Origin: an uncultured Planctomycetales bacterium
GTDB lineage: Bacteria > Planctomycetota > UBA1135
Assembly: GCA_964344765.1 (NCBI GenBank)
Contig: CAYFOM010000019.1
Location: 17,879 to 81,878 of the forward strand
Direction: 5' to 3'
DNA length: 64,000 nt
A model generated the notes under the pieces. It worked only from the letters and a program-made list of their open reading frames with translations, searched no databases and had not been told where the DNA came from. The position numbers were made by a program, and so were the translations under genes. The first letter of the stretch is position 1. Every line of letters begins with the position of its first letter. Positions 18,318 through 27,325 of the stretch are shown one piece after another.

Positions 18318-18974
18318 TTAGTGCTTGCCGCGGCTCTGCAAGGACATATGACGGTCGGAATCGATGACAACCTGAAAATTCGAGATTCCGGCCTCAGAAG
18401 CCTGTTTTTCCAGCTCGTCCGGGGTCAGCGCCGCCCGCAGGCTGTCGTAAAACAGCTTTTGGCTATACGGTTCTTCGTCGGAGGCGTGCAAATCGACCAA
18501 TTCCTGCGTTTTTTCAGGTGATTCGGGGCGGAATAAATCGCGGATCAGCAGCACGCCACCGGGTTTCAACACGCGCCATGCCTCGGCCAAAAAGGGTCGC
18601 GGATCGGGGATGTGGTGCAGGATTGTGTTCGAGCAGACGGCGTCTAAGCTGGCATCGGGGAAATCCAGTCCTTTGGCGTCGGCCAATTGGAATTCAACGC
18701 GCTCGGCGTAACCGCTTTGCATGCGGTGGTTTTCGGCCAATTTAAGCATCTCGCTCGAGAGGTCGACGCCGACCACCCGGCAGCTCTGGTGCAGCGAGCA
18801 CAGCAGCAGCGGGATGGTTCCGGGTCCAGTGCCGATGTCCAAAACCAATCCATCGGCTTCGAGTTCGAGCAAGCGGTCGACGAAATTTCGGTTCGCCTCG
18901 CTGTGATCCATGGCGTCGTAAGCCGTGGCATCCTCGACCGTATCCATCACTTCCGGTTCCAGTACGCGTTCCAT
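18318..18974 (-). CDS. Class I SAM-dependent methyltransferase
   Basis: 218 aa with motif I LVLDIGTGPGTIPLLL and post-I/II blocks (VVGVDLS, LKPGGVLLIRD). Confidence 0.8.
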   Translation of the reverse strand: MERVLEPEVMDTVEDATAYDAMDHSEANRNFVDRLLELEADGLVLDIGTGPGTIPLLLCSLHQSCRVVGVDLSSEMLKLAENHRMQSGYAERVEFQLADAKGLDFPDASLDAVCSNTILHHIPDPRPFLAEAWRVLKPGGVLLIRDLFRPESPEKTQELVDLHASDEEPYSQKLFYDSLRAALTPDELEKQASEAGISNFQVVIDSDRHMSLQSRGKH

Positions 18975-18997
18975 GACCGCTAGCGTACACTCCCGCG

Positions 18998-19714
18998 ATG
19001 CGCCTCCAGCAGATCAGCGATGAGCTGGCCGATCAAGTCGACGCCATGAGCTTCGGGCCGCCCGTGACCTGGGTTTACAACCCGTTGCGCTACGCCCGTG
19101 AGTTGCATCATGCTTTCCTAGACCTGGCTCAGCCCAAGCCTGACGCCTTGTTACTCGGCATGAATCCCGGCCCTTGGGGAATGGCCCAGACTGGTGTGCC
19201 ATTCGGCGAGGTCATGGCGGTGCGGGAATGGCTGAAAATTCGCGGCAAGGTTCAGCCGCCTGCCGAGCAGCATGAAAAGCGCCCGATTTTGGGCCTGGAT
19301 TGCTCCCGATCCGAAGTTTCCGGTCGCCGTTTGTGGGCTTGGGCCGAGCAGCGCTACCGCACGCCCAAGCGCTTCTTCCGACAGTTTTTCGTCTACAACT
19401 TCTGTCCGCTGGCTTTTCTGGAAGAAACCGGTCGCAATCGCACGCCGGACAAATTGCCGGTCGACGAAAAGAAACCATTGTTCGAGACCTGCGACCAAGC
19501 CCTACGCCGTTTTGTTGAGGAATTGCAACCCAAGCGCGTCATTGGGATTGGTCGTTTTGCCGAGCAACGGGCCAAGATTGCCTTGAAGGGCATGGACATT
19601 CCCACTGCCACCATCCTGCACCCCAGCCCGGCCAGCCCGATCGCCAATCGCGGTTGGCAGCCGCAAATCGAAAAGCAACTGGCGGACATGGGTCTGCCGT
19701 GCCCCACTGCGTAA
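18998..19714 (+). CDS. Family-3 (SMUG1-type) uracil-DNA glycosylase
   Basis: GMNPGPWGMAQTGVPFGE and ILHPSPASPIANRGW match the SMUG1 motifs GMNPGPxGMxQTGVPFG and HPSPxxP. Confidence 0.8.
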   Translation: MRLQQISDELADQVDAMSFGPPVTWVYNPLRYARELHHAFLDLAQPKPDALLLGMNPGPWGMAQTGVPFGEVMAVREWLKIRGKVQPPAEQHEKRPILGLDCSRSEVSGRRLWAWAEQRYRTPKRFFRQFFVYNFCPLAFLEETGRNRTPDKLPVDEKKPLFETCDQALRRFVEELQPKRVIGIGRFAEQRAKIALKGMDIPTATILHPSPASPIANRGWQPQIEKQLADMGLPCPTA

Positions 19715-20500
19715 ATGCGAATCGTCTCCGTCAACGTCAACGGCCTTCGTGCGGCCGTCCGCAAAGGATTTCTGGATTGGGTCGGCACCATCGACGCCGA
19801 CGTCATCTGCTTGCAGGAAATCCGCATTCAAGAACACCAGCTGACCCAAGCAATGAAGCAGCCTGGTGGAATGGACGCCGTGTATTTGCCGGCAGAGAAG
19901 CCGGGGTACAGCGGCGTCGCGCTTTACTTCAAAAAGCAGCCCGATGCGGTTCAGCTGGGCATGGGTGTGCCTGAATTCGATCACGAAGGGCGTGTGATCA
20001 CCGCCGATTACGGCAAGCTCCGCGTAGTCAGCCTTTACCTTCCGTCCGGCACCTCGGGCGACCCGCGCCAGGACTACAAGTACAAGTTCATGGATGCGTT
20101 TTTGCCGTGGATGGACCAGCAGCGCGCTGAAGCGGAGCACGTCATCGTTTGCGGTGATTGGAACATTGCCCATCGCAAGATCGATTTGAAAAACTGGCGC
20201 GGCAACCAAAAGAACTCCGGCTTTTTGCCGGAAGAGCGTGCTTGGATGGACCATTTGTTCGGCGAAGCCGGTTGGGCCGACGCTTATCGCGGCCTTCACC
20301 CCGAAGCCGAAGGCGAGTGTTACACCTGGTGGTCCAACCGCGGTCAGGCATGGGCCAACAACACCGGATGGCGAATCGATTATCAAGTATGCACGCCTTC
20401 GACGGCATCCCTAGCCAAGGAAGCGTGGGTTTTCAAGGACGAGCGCTTTTCCGACCACTCGCCTCTGATCGTCGACTATGACCTAAATCTGCTAGGGTAA
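19715..20500 (+). CDS. xth: Exodeoxyribonuclease III (AP endonuclease)
   Basis: MRIVSVNVNGLRAAVRKGF...CLQE...GDWNIAH...SDHSPLIVDY. The ATG directly abuts the TAA of the upstream UDG gene. Confidence 0.9.
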   Translation: MRIVSVNVNGLRAAVRKGFLDWVGTIDADVICLQEIRIQEHQLTQAMKQPGGMDAVYLPAEKPGYSGVALYFKKQPDAVQLGMGVPEFDHEGRVITADYGKLRVVSLYLPSGTSGDPRQDYKYKFMDAFLPWMDQQRAEAEHVIVCGDWNIAHRKIDLKNWRGNQKNSGFLPEERAWMDHLFGEAGWADAYRGLHPEAEGECYTWWSNRGQAWANNTGWRIDYQVCTPSTASLAKEAWVFKDERFSDHSPLIVDYDLNLLG

Positions 20501-20536
20501 GGGTCCCCCCTGGACCACTTCTCCCCCTAGAACCTG

Positions 20537-21490
20537 ATGAAGAGCATTCGCATTCTTGCCATTTCCTCGCTGCTGTCTGCCGGCGCCCTCGCTGTCGACG
20601 CATCTGCACAGACCCAGTATTCGATGGATCTGGACGTCACCCAGTGCAATTTCAACTTTGACGGCGATACCAACATGGGTCGCATTGCCGGTAAGCCGCC
20701 GCGCTTCGACATGGACGGCACCATGGACATGATCCTGACTCCAGGTGGCGGTCCTTTCACCACCGGTGAAGTCAACGGTGGCGTAATGTTCACCGATCCG
20801 GCACGGATTAAGGCAGAGATCCCGAACGTCTTTGGTTGGCTGCCGCCGCTGGCAACCATCTACATCGACGATGCTGAATACACCGCATCGACGCCGCAAT
20901 TCGCCGTCGATGGCGCCGGCAACTTCACCACCGACATCGTGCTGACCCCGATCGGCGGCACCGTTACCGTCATTCCGTTGGTTGGCAGCACCGAAGTCAC
21001 TCCCCTGGCCGATTACGATCCGACCGACCCCACTCCGATTTCCGGCAACATCTCCGAGTCGGGTGGCACCGTGACCTTGTCGTCGGCAGTCGACGTAACT
21101 TTCTCCAGCGACGACGGCATGGGCAACTGGGTAGAGCTCAACATTGATGGCGACTTGATCGCCTACGCCCCCACCCAGAGCGGCATGAGCCTGACCTCCG
21201 GTGCAGTCATCTCCGGTCAAATGGCCATCTTCTCGGTCGCCGGCGGCGCACCGAACTCCGGCACTTTCTTGGCTTACGGCCTGTCGATGGGCTCCACCCC
21301 AGTTCCGCCGTTGGGCGTGACCTTGGACATCGCCGGCGCCACTCAGGTCGGCTCGATGAAAATGACCGACGGCACCGGCCACTGCTCGTGGAACGAAATG
21401 GTTCCGGCAGGCACGTCCGGCCTGACGGTGTACATGCAGTCCTGCCAGAACGGCCTGACTTCGAACGTACTTACCGTGAACATTCAGTAA
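20537..21490 (+). CDS. Secreted hypothetical protein
   Basis: Signal peptide MKSIRILAISSLLSAGALAVDASAQ. No recognisable catalytic motif. The C-terminal ~100 aa resemble the C-terminus of the PD40 protein at 54883..56514. Confidence 0.6.
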   Translation: MKSIRILAISSLLSAGALAVDASAQTQYSMDLDVTQCNFNFDGDTNMGRIAGKPPRFDMDGTMDMILTPGGGPFTTGEVNGGVMFTDPARIKAEIPNVFGWLPPLATIYIDDAEYTASTPQFAVDGAGNFTTDIVLTPIGGTVTVIPLVGSTEVTPLADYDPTDPTPISGNISESGGTVTLSSAVDVTFSSDDGMGNWVELNIDGDLIAYAPTQSGMSLTSGAVISGQMAIFSVAGGAPNSGTFLAYGLSMGSTPVPPLGVTLDIAGATQVGSMKMTDGTGHCSWNEMVPAGTSGLTVYMQSCQNGLTSNVLTVNIQ

Positions 21491-21510
21491 GTCCGAGGAC
21501 TTACTTTTGG
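21487..21510 (+). terminator. Rho-independent terminator; a second, related hairpin follows at 21510-21527
   Basis: GTAAGTCC-GA-GGACTTAC then TTTTGG. It is followed by GTAAGTC-TGCG-GACTTAC, which overlaps the stop codon of the convergent arsR-type gene. Confidence 0.6.
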
Positions 21511-21523
21511 TAAGTCTGCGGAC

Positions 21524-21913
21524 TTACATCCCAACCCAGGTCGGCGATGTCGGCCTGGGTTGCTCTTTTTCCGCCATGCGGGCGGCACGATCCTGGAAGC
21601 TGCGCTTCAGCGCACGACGGACCTGGGCACAGGCTTCACCCACCTCGGGGCAGGCGAGCTCAACAAACAGGAAGCGCCCGGCGCGTCGAGTGGTTACTAA
21701 TCCAGCCGCCTGCATCTTGCTCAAGTGCTGAGAAAGACTTGGCTTAGGAATACCGGTCAGCTTTAAAAGCCGAGCCGAAGCTACTTCACCGCGCTCCTGA
21801 CAAAGCGCGTCAAGGATCTGCAAGCGAATGGGGTGGCCCATGGTCTTGCAAAATTCGGCCTGGATGCGATAGCCATCCAAGTCGCTTTCGTTGGGAAATC
21901 CGGTCAGGTTCAT
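21524..21913 (-). CDS. ArsR/SmtB-family transcriptional regulator
   Basis: From ATG 21913: MNLTGFPNESDLDGYRIQAEFCKTMGHPIRLQILDALCQERGEVASARLLKLTGIPKPSLSQHLSKMQAAGLV. This is a typical winged-helix ArsR core (HPxRLxIL...SxHLxxL). The upstream part of the track ORF was trimmed. Confidence 0.8.
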   Translation of the reverse strand: MNLTGFPNESDLDGYRIQAEFCKTMGHPIRLQILDALCQERGEVASARLLKLTGIPKPSLSQHLSKMQAAGLVTTRRAGRFLFVELACPEVGEACAQVRRALKRSFQDRAARMAEKEQPRPTSPTWVGM

Positions 21914-22050
21914 GGTGTCGAATGTTGCGCTACTCTCTAACTCCCAGCGAACATCCCGCAAGTCGAGTTTTGCAACAACCGGCCGGTGTAGTACGCTGCC
22001 GCAACACCGCCGACGGCATCCCGTCGGCACGATTGAATCCTTCACAACCG

Positions 22051-22554
22051 ATGAAATCCATCTTCCTAGCCGCCATTGCCGGCATGCTGCTTCTGCCGTC
22101 TTGCCAGACCACCCAGCAACACCTGAAGCCCGGCATGACGCGTACTGCGATCGCATTCTCCTACTCCGATATGGACACTCCGGCCGGCGACAGCTCCAAT
22201 CTGATGTTGGATGCGGCGTACGGCCAATTCTTCGAGGCCAATCAGGAAATTGGTTTTAAGGCTGGTTACAACGATGCCGAATTGGGCGGGTCGTCCAGCG
22301 AAGCTTGGTCGCTGGCGCTTTATGGTCGCTACTACACCGCCACCCAAGAAGCCTTGCTTCCATGGGTTGAGGTCGATCTTGGTTACGTCGACAACGACGC
22401 CGGCGGCGGTGCTCTGGTTTCGGCGGGCGTCGGCCTGACTCAGTTCGTCACCCAAGGCGGGGCGATTGAGGCCGGTTTGGATTACCAGTACATGACCGGC
22501 GATGCCGACACCAACGGTTTCCGCGCACTGATCGGCTACGCCATCTTCTTCTAG
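22051..22554 (+). CDS. Small outer-membrane beta-barrel lipoprotein (paralogue 1)
   Basis: MKSIFLAAIAGMLLLPSCQT is a lipobox-like signal. Alternating amphipathic strands follow, with the C-terminal ...ALIGYAIFF ending in an aromatic residue. Confidence 0.55.
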   Translation: MKSIFLAAIAGMLLLPSCQTTQQHLKPGMTRTAIAFSYSDMDTPAGDSSNLMLDAAYGQFFEANQEIGFKAGYNDAELGGSSSEAWSLALYGRYYTATQEALLPWVEVDLGYVDNDAGGGALVSAGVGLTQFVTQGGAIEAGLDYQYMTGDADTNGFRALIGYAIFF

Positions 22555-22701
22555 ACCGAACCGAACTCAACCGGTTACGGCCCGGCTTCGAGTGTCTAGT
22601 AGACCCTCCACCAGGAGCGGGCGCTTTCCACAGCAGACCCGCTCCGCTATAGTCCCCCCTCACGCTCCGATCCCGAGCGACACACCAAACATCCCGCGAC
22701 G

Positions 22702-23343
22702 ATGAAGAACCCCCTTCTCCTCCTTGCCCTGGCGGCAGTGGCCACCGGCGGTTGCCAAACAGCCTCCAAGTTCGAAGCCGGGATGGACCGGTTGAACTTC
22801 GCGATCGGCTTTGCTTCGGTCGACAGTGACGGCGCCGCTTACACCTCGGCTGCCGGCGGCGTTCCTTCCCTCACCGACAACGAGCTGAACGACGTCACCA
22901 CTGCGGAAACCACCGCGGTCGACCTGTCCGCTAGCTACGGTGTTTTCCTGTCGGACAGCATTGAAGTAGGCACCCGCGTTGGCCTCGGCTTCGGTTCCAC
23001 CGATGACCTGACCAGCAGCACCACCGACTTCGATGGCGACGGTTTCAACGACCGCGGCCTCGCTGCTTCGGCCACTTCGGTCGACGACACTTGGTTCACC
23101 CTGGGTGGTTACTCCCGCTGGTACGTCGGCGTTTGCCCGCTGACCGGCACCAACCCTTGGCTGCAAGCTGACTTTGGTTACGCCATGGGCGACTGGAGCG
23201 GCATGTACTTGGGCGGTTCCTTGGGCACCACCATCTTCATGGACGAAGATTCCGCTTTGGAAGTTCGCCTCTTCGCCGAGACCGTATATGACGATGACGA
23301 CCGCACCGGCGGCGGCATCGAAATCGGCTACTCGATGTTCTAA
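22702..23343 (+). CDS. Small outer-membrane beta-barrel lipoprotein (paralogue 2)
   Basis: MKNPLLLLALAAVATGGCQT and a C-terminal ...IEIGYSMF. It carries Asp-rich inserts (TDFDGDGFNDRG, YDDDDRTGGG). Confidence 0.55.
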   Translation: MKNPLLLLALAAVATGGCQTASKFEAGMDRLNFAIGFASVDSDGAAYTSAAGGVPSLTDNELNDVTTAETTAVDLSASYGVFLSDSIEVGTRVGLGFGSTDDLTSSTTDFDGDGFNDRGLAASATSVDDTWFTLGGYSRWYVGVCPLTGTNPWLQADFGYAMGDWSGMYLGGSLGTTIFMDEDSALEVRLFAETVYDDDDRTGGGIEIGYSMF

Positions 23344-23368
23344 GCGAAACCGGCTTCCCTCGGCCTAA

Positions 23369-23405
23369 CCGACCCCGTGCTTCGGCGCGGGGTCGGCTTT
23401 TTTTA
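23369..23405 (+). terminator. Rho-independent terminator
   Basis: CCGACCCCG (23369-23377) pairs with CGGGGTCGG (23388-23396), followed by C and T7. Confidence 0.8.
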
Positions 23406-23472
23406 TGGCTAGAGGTTGGGTGGAGTGCTTTTTGATTGGCAGCCACCCATTGGGCCTTTAGGTTTCAACCTG

Positions 23473-24999
23473 ATGGCTTCTTCCATAGTCGATCCCCCCT
23501 ATCTCCTGGTCCTCGACCAAGGCACGACCAGCACTCGCGCAATTCTTTACAGCGGCGATGCTCGGCCAATTGCGCAGCACCAAATCGAGTTGCCGCAGCA
23601 CTTCCCCCAACCTGGTTGGGTGGAGCACGATGCCGAGCAGATCTGGCAGCACAGTCTGCAATGTTTGCAGCAAGCGCTGCAAAAGGCCGACGTAGCCGCC
23701 ACTGAAGTCGCTGGAATTGGGATTACGAACCAACGCGAGACCGTCGTTCTATGGGACCGTCAAACCGGGACTCCGGTGCATCACGCACTGGTTTGGCAAG
23801 ATCGGCGCACCGCAGATACTTGTGCAAAATTAAAAGCCGACGGCCACGAAGCCGCGTTGAGTGCAAAAACGGGTCTGCTCTTGGACCCATACTTTTCCGC
23901 AACCAAGCTGACGTGGCTGTTGGATCACGTCGACGGTGCGCGGGCGGCAGCGGAACAAGGACGTCTGGCCGCGGGCACCATCGATAGTTATTTATTGTGG
24001 AAGCTGACGGATGGGAAACAACATCGCACCGACGCTACCAACGCATCACGCACCTTACTATTCGATATTCATAGCCGCCAATGGGATGAAGACTTGCTGC
24101 AACTCTTTCAAATCCCAGCTTCAGTGTTGCCGGAAGTCTGTGATTCGATTGCCTCATTTGGAGATATAAACCCCCAGCTCCTCGGCGCGCCAATTCCAGT
24201 TCTCGCCATCGCCGGCGATCAACAAGCTGCGGCTTACGGTCAAGGCTGTCGACGCCCGGGGCTGATGAAGAGCACTTACGGCACCGGCTGCTTCACTTTG
24301 CTGCATTGCGGCGACTCGGTGCCGGTTTCGCAGAACCGATTGTTAGCCACCATCGCTCTGCAAGAAAATGGCAAAGCGACTTACGCGTTAGAGGGGAGTA
24401 TTTTCAACGCCGGCACCGTGGTGCAATGGCTACGCGATGAAGCCGGGTTTTTGAAGTCGGCGGAGCAATCGGAACAGCTCGCCCAGCAGGCCAACCCGCT
24501 AAGCGAGGTGATGTTTGTTCCTGCTTTCACTGGGCTCGGCGCCCCCCATTGGAGTGCGCACGCCCGCGGCACTTTGTTCGGGTTGTGCCGCGACACCAGC
24601 GCCGCCGACATCGTGCGCGCCGGTTTAGAAGCAATTGCGTGGCAAACCTGGGATTTACTCGACGCCACCCGCGAAGACGTCGGCCGCCTGCCGGACACCC
24701 TGCGCATCGACGGCGGAATGGCGCAAAACAATTGGTTTGCCCAATTCCTTGCCGACGTGTTGCAAATCCCGGTGCAACGGCCGTTGGATACGGAGACTAC
24801 AGCACTTGGGGCGTGCTTGCTTGCCGGCCGCGGAGCCGGATTTTTTACCAGTGAAACAAAACTGGATCAGTGTTGGCGCGAAGATCGAAGCTTTCAACCA
24901 AGCATGGAACCAGAACTGCGTTTGAACCGTCTTCAAAAATGGCGGTTAGCCGTGGAATCCGTCGTAAAAATTGCTGATACCGACCTCGGTTTGGCATGA
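23473..24999 (+). CDS. glpK: Glycerol kinase
   Basis: YLLVLDQGTTSTRAILY, GITNQRETVVLWD and IAGDQQAAAYGQGC. ATG 23473 is chosen within the track ORF. Confidence 0.9.
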   Translation: MASSIVDPPYLLVLDQGTTSTRAILYSGDARPIAQHQIELPQHFPQPGWVEHDAEQIWQHSLQCLQQALQKADVAATEVAGIGITNQRETVVLWDRQTGTPVHHALVWQDRRTADTCAKLKADGHEAALSAKTGLLLDPYFSATKLTWLLDHVDGARAAAEQGRLAAGTIDSYLLWKLTDGKQHRTDATNASRTLLFDIHSRQWDEDLLQLFQIPASVLPEVCDSIASFGDINPQLLGAPIPVLAIAGDQQAAAYGQGCRRPGLMKSTYGTGCFTLLHCGDSVPVSQNRLLATIALQENGKATYALEGSIFNAGTVVQWLRDEAGFLKSAEQSEQLAQQANPLSEVMFVPAFTGLGAPHWSAHARGTLFGLCRDTSAADIVRAGLEAIAWQTWDLLDATREDVGRLPDTLRIDGGMAQNNWFAQFLADVLQIPVQRPLDTETTALGACLLAGRGAGFFTSETKLDQCWREDRSFQPSMEPELRLNRLQKWRLAVESVVKIADTDLGLA

Positions 25000-25036
25000 T
25001 AGGCTAGCTTGCAGGGTCTAGAACCCACCTACTTCC

Positions 25037-26092
25037 ATGAAGAACATTCTTTCTCTCTCTGTGCTTACTGCACTGGCACTTGCGCTGATGGGCGCACCAG
25101 CCGGCGCTGCTCCGCAGTGATGCCCGACCAGAGGAGGGGGCGGTGCTCCCTCGTACGGCGGACCTAGTGACGGCGTTGGTCCTGGAGCCGGTGGTGCTCC
25201 GGCACCTGCTGCGACTCCAACTCCTGGTGCTGCACCACCAGTCCCCGGCGTGGGCCCTGGTGCGGTAACTCCGGGCGGCGGCACAGGTGGCCGCGGTGGT
25301 GGCGCAGTCTTGGTTGTAAACCACGGCAAGACCGCCAAGAAACTGTTGCGTATGCAGTGGGATTATCCGGTCTTCCAAAAGAAGATTGTTCCCGGCGAAG
25401 TAACCGATACCGCTAAAGATGACGACACGGTTGCGGTGGCACAAATGCAAGCTCTTCCGCGCGAAGAAGCTTTCTTGTTTGTTGCCGGCGATGACCCACG
25501 TCCGCTGTTGTTGTTGCGTGAATGCGAATTCTGCAACGGCACCGACAACGCTTTGCTCAGCAAGACCGAAGGCAACGAAAAGACGTTGTTGATGGCACGC
25601 TGGTTCCACTGCGTCAAGCTTCCGACTCACGTGCTGAAGGAAGAGCACCCGTTCACCAAACTGTTCACGGACTTCCCGGGCAAAAAAGTTCCGCACCTGT
25701 TCTTGAGCAGTCGCGACGGCTTGTTGACCATCCCGCTGAAGGGTGACCAGTCGCCTGGCGAACTGTGGCGTCACATGGAGAAGATCCTTGCTTACGACTA
25801 CAACAAGAAGCCTAAGAAGTCTTTGAAGGAAGTCGGCAAGATCTTGATTCAGTACGACAACTTGGATGCTGAAGAGTCGATCGTGGAAGAACGCATGCAG
25901 CTTGAACTCGAAGAGAACGGGCCGAAGTCCAAGAAGCTGAAGAAGCTTCGTAAGGAACTTGCTCGTATCGAAACGGATCGCAAGAAGCTGAAGTCTCAAG
26001 AAGCGAAGTGGATGGACCTGGACCTGAAGCGTAAGAAAGTAGAGAAAGACATCGTTCACTCTTCCAAGGAAATCTCCGCTACCGAAAGCTGA
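25037..26092 (+). CDS. Secreted thioredoxin-fold-like (CxxC) protein interrupted by an in-frame TGA at 25118 (candidate selenoprotein, or a pseudogene/assembly error)
   Basis: ATG 25037 gives the signal peptide MKNILSLSVLTALALALMGAPAGAAPQ, then TGA. The same frame continues without a stop (CPTRGGGGAPSYGG...) into track ORF 25250..26092, which contains LLLRECEFCNG...WFHCVKLP...VPHLFL and a K/E-rich tail. Confidence 0.5.
25134..25152 (+). promoter_or_regulatory. SECIS-like stem-loop 13 nt downstream of the in-frame TGA
   Basis: A 7-bp stem GAGGGGG (25134-25140) / CUCCCUC (25146-25152, one G-U pair) with the loop CGGUG. It was hand-folded only and lies in a GGN-rich region. Confidence 0.3.
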
Positions 26093-26101
26093 TTCAGAAA
26101 A

Positions 26102-27325
26102 ATGAGATCTGCCCTAATCGGGTTGGGTCTGCTTCTTCTTGCAAGTCCTCCTGCTTCTGCCCAGAAGCAGGAGGATTTGCCTAAGTGGAAGCTAGATCCG
26201 TATACCAACAACGAGCCTGAACGCTATAAGGCTGCCGGATACGAGGCTTACCATCGCATGATGGTGACCGATGAACTGGGCACAACCGAAATCATGCAAG
26301 CCTTGGGCGACTTGGAAATGATTTGGGTGGAAACCGAGCATTTCAAGATCGGCTCGACCTTGGGCGGCCAGAAAATTCCGGCCGACAAGATTTCCAAGAA
26401 ACGCATCTTGGAAGAGATTGAAGAGCTACGGCCGAAGTTCACTGACTTCCCGAAGAAAATCAAGAAGCTGGATCCGTGGCTGCGCGTGCACCTTTATGCG
26501 CTGCGCTTGGAGAAAGAATACGACTACATCCAAGAGCTGCTTGGCGTCACCGATGCTGACTTCCCAAAGGCCGCTGGCGAGTGGGTCAAAGGAAAGTACA
26601 TGGGCGAAGGCCCGTACATGGGGCAGAAAAATAAGTTCGTTGTATTGCTGACGACAAAAAAGTCGACTTTACACCGATTTGCGCAGCGCTGGTGCGACGG
26701 CAACTTCACGCCGGAAAGCCCAATCGCGCACAACTTCCAACAAGCCGGGTGCTTGATTTACGGAACTTCGCCCGAGTTGGCCGACGGTTACTTTCACGAA
26801 GACGCTCGCTTGCATACCAACTTAGCATTCGGTGTCGCCGTCAACATGGTGCTTGGTTACAAGGGCTACATGTTCGATACGCCGGTTTGGATTAAAGAAG
26901 GCATCGCGCATCACTACGTCGTCGAAGTCGATGACCGCTACCACAACTTTTCGTTCATTAAGGACCAGTTTCCGAATGAAAAGAAGCTGTGGAAGTGGGA
27001 GCCGCGGGTGCGCAAGTTGGTCAAAAACGAAGCAACGATGCCGATGGCAACCATCATGGGTTGGAAGACGCCGGATAACTTCCGCATCGGCCACCACATG
27101 AACCTGTGGTCACGCGTCGATTACTTAATCAAGACCGACCGCAAGCGCTTCGCCAGCTTCGTCGGCGAGGTCAAAGACTACCTGCGCTCAGCGGACGGCA
27201 GAGTCACGATCGACATGGTCATGGAACGTCAGGCAAAAGCCTTCAAGCACGTCTACAACATGACCCCCGAAGAGTTCGACGCCAAATGGTCCGCGTGGGT
27301 GATGGAGACCTACGCTAAGAAGTAA
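26102..27325 (+). CDS. Secreted hypothetical protein (possibly a degenerate DUF1570/zincin-like fold)
   Basis: Signal peptide MRSALIGLGLLLLASPPASAQ. PVWIKEGIAHHY resembles the W-x-x-EG-x-A segment of MA-clan peptidase-like proteins, but no HExxH is present. It starts 9 nt after the preceding gene. Confidence 0.55.
   Translation: MRSALIGLGLLLLASPPASAQKQEDLPKWKLDPYTNNEPERYKAAGYEAYHRMMVTDELGTTEIMQALGDLEMIWVETEHFKIGSTLGGQKIPADKISKKRILEEIEELRPKFTDFPKKIKKLDPWLRVHLYALRLEKEYDYIQELLGVTDADFPKAAGEWVKGKYMGEGPYMGQKNKFVVLLTTKKSTLHRFAQRWCDGNFTPESPIAHNFQQAGCLIYGTSPELADGYFHEDARLHTNLAFGVAVNMVLGYKGYMFDTPVWIKEGIAHHYVVEVDDRYHNFSFIKDQFPNEKKLWKWEPRVRKLVKNEATMPMATIMGWKTPDNFRIGHHMNLWSRVDYLIKTDRKRFASFVGEVKDYLRSADGRVTIDMVMERQAKAFKHVYNMTPEEFDAKWSAWVMETYAKK

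Noticed and set aside
19502-21382. 294-aa and 296-aa minus-strand ORFs
   Set aside because: They are antisense to xth and to the secreted protein gene at 20537..21490. They have no motifs, and the plus-strand genes have clear signatures or a signal peptide.
21913-21928. TGGTGTCGAATGTTGC, which shares GAATGTTGC with the sigma-54 promoter at 52864
   Set aside because: GG and GC are separated by 11 nt rather than the obligatory 10, and the fourth to sixth bases deviate. It overlaps the arsR start codon. I do not count it as a sigma-54 promoter.
24992-25013. TGGCAT ... TTGCA upstream of the TGA-containing gene
   Set aside because: The two boxes are 11 nt apart instead of 5, so the GG/GC spacing is wrong. 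The TGGCAT is simply the end of glpK (ttg gca tga).
25004-26059. 351-aa ORF on the minus strand, the longest ORF in this region
   Set aside because: It is antisense to the signal-peptide/CxxC/K-E-rich gene. Its sequence is low-complexity (runs of L, R, Q, V, F) with no start context or motifs. It stays open because the sense strand is rich in GAA/AAG codons. The plus-strand gene has a signal peptide and operon context.
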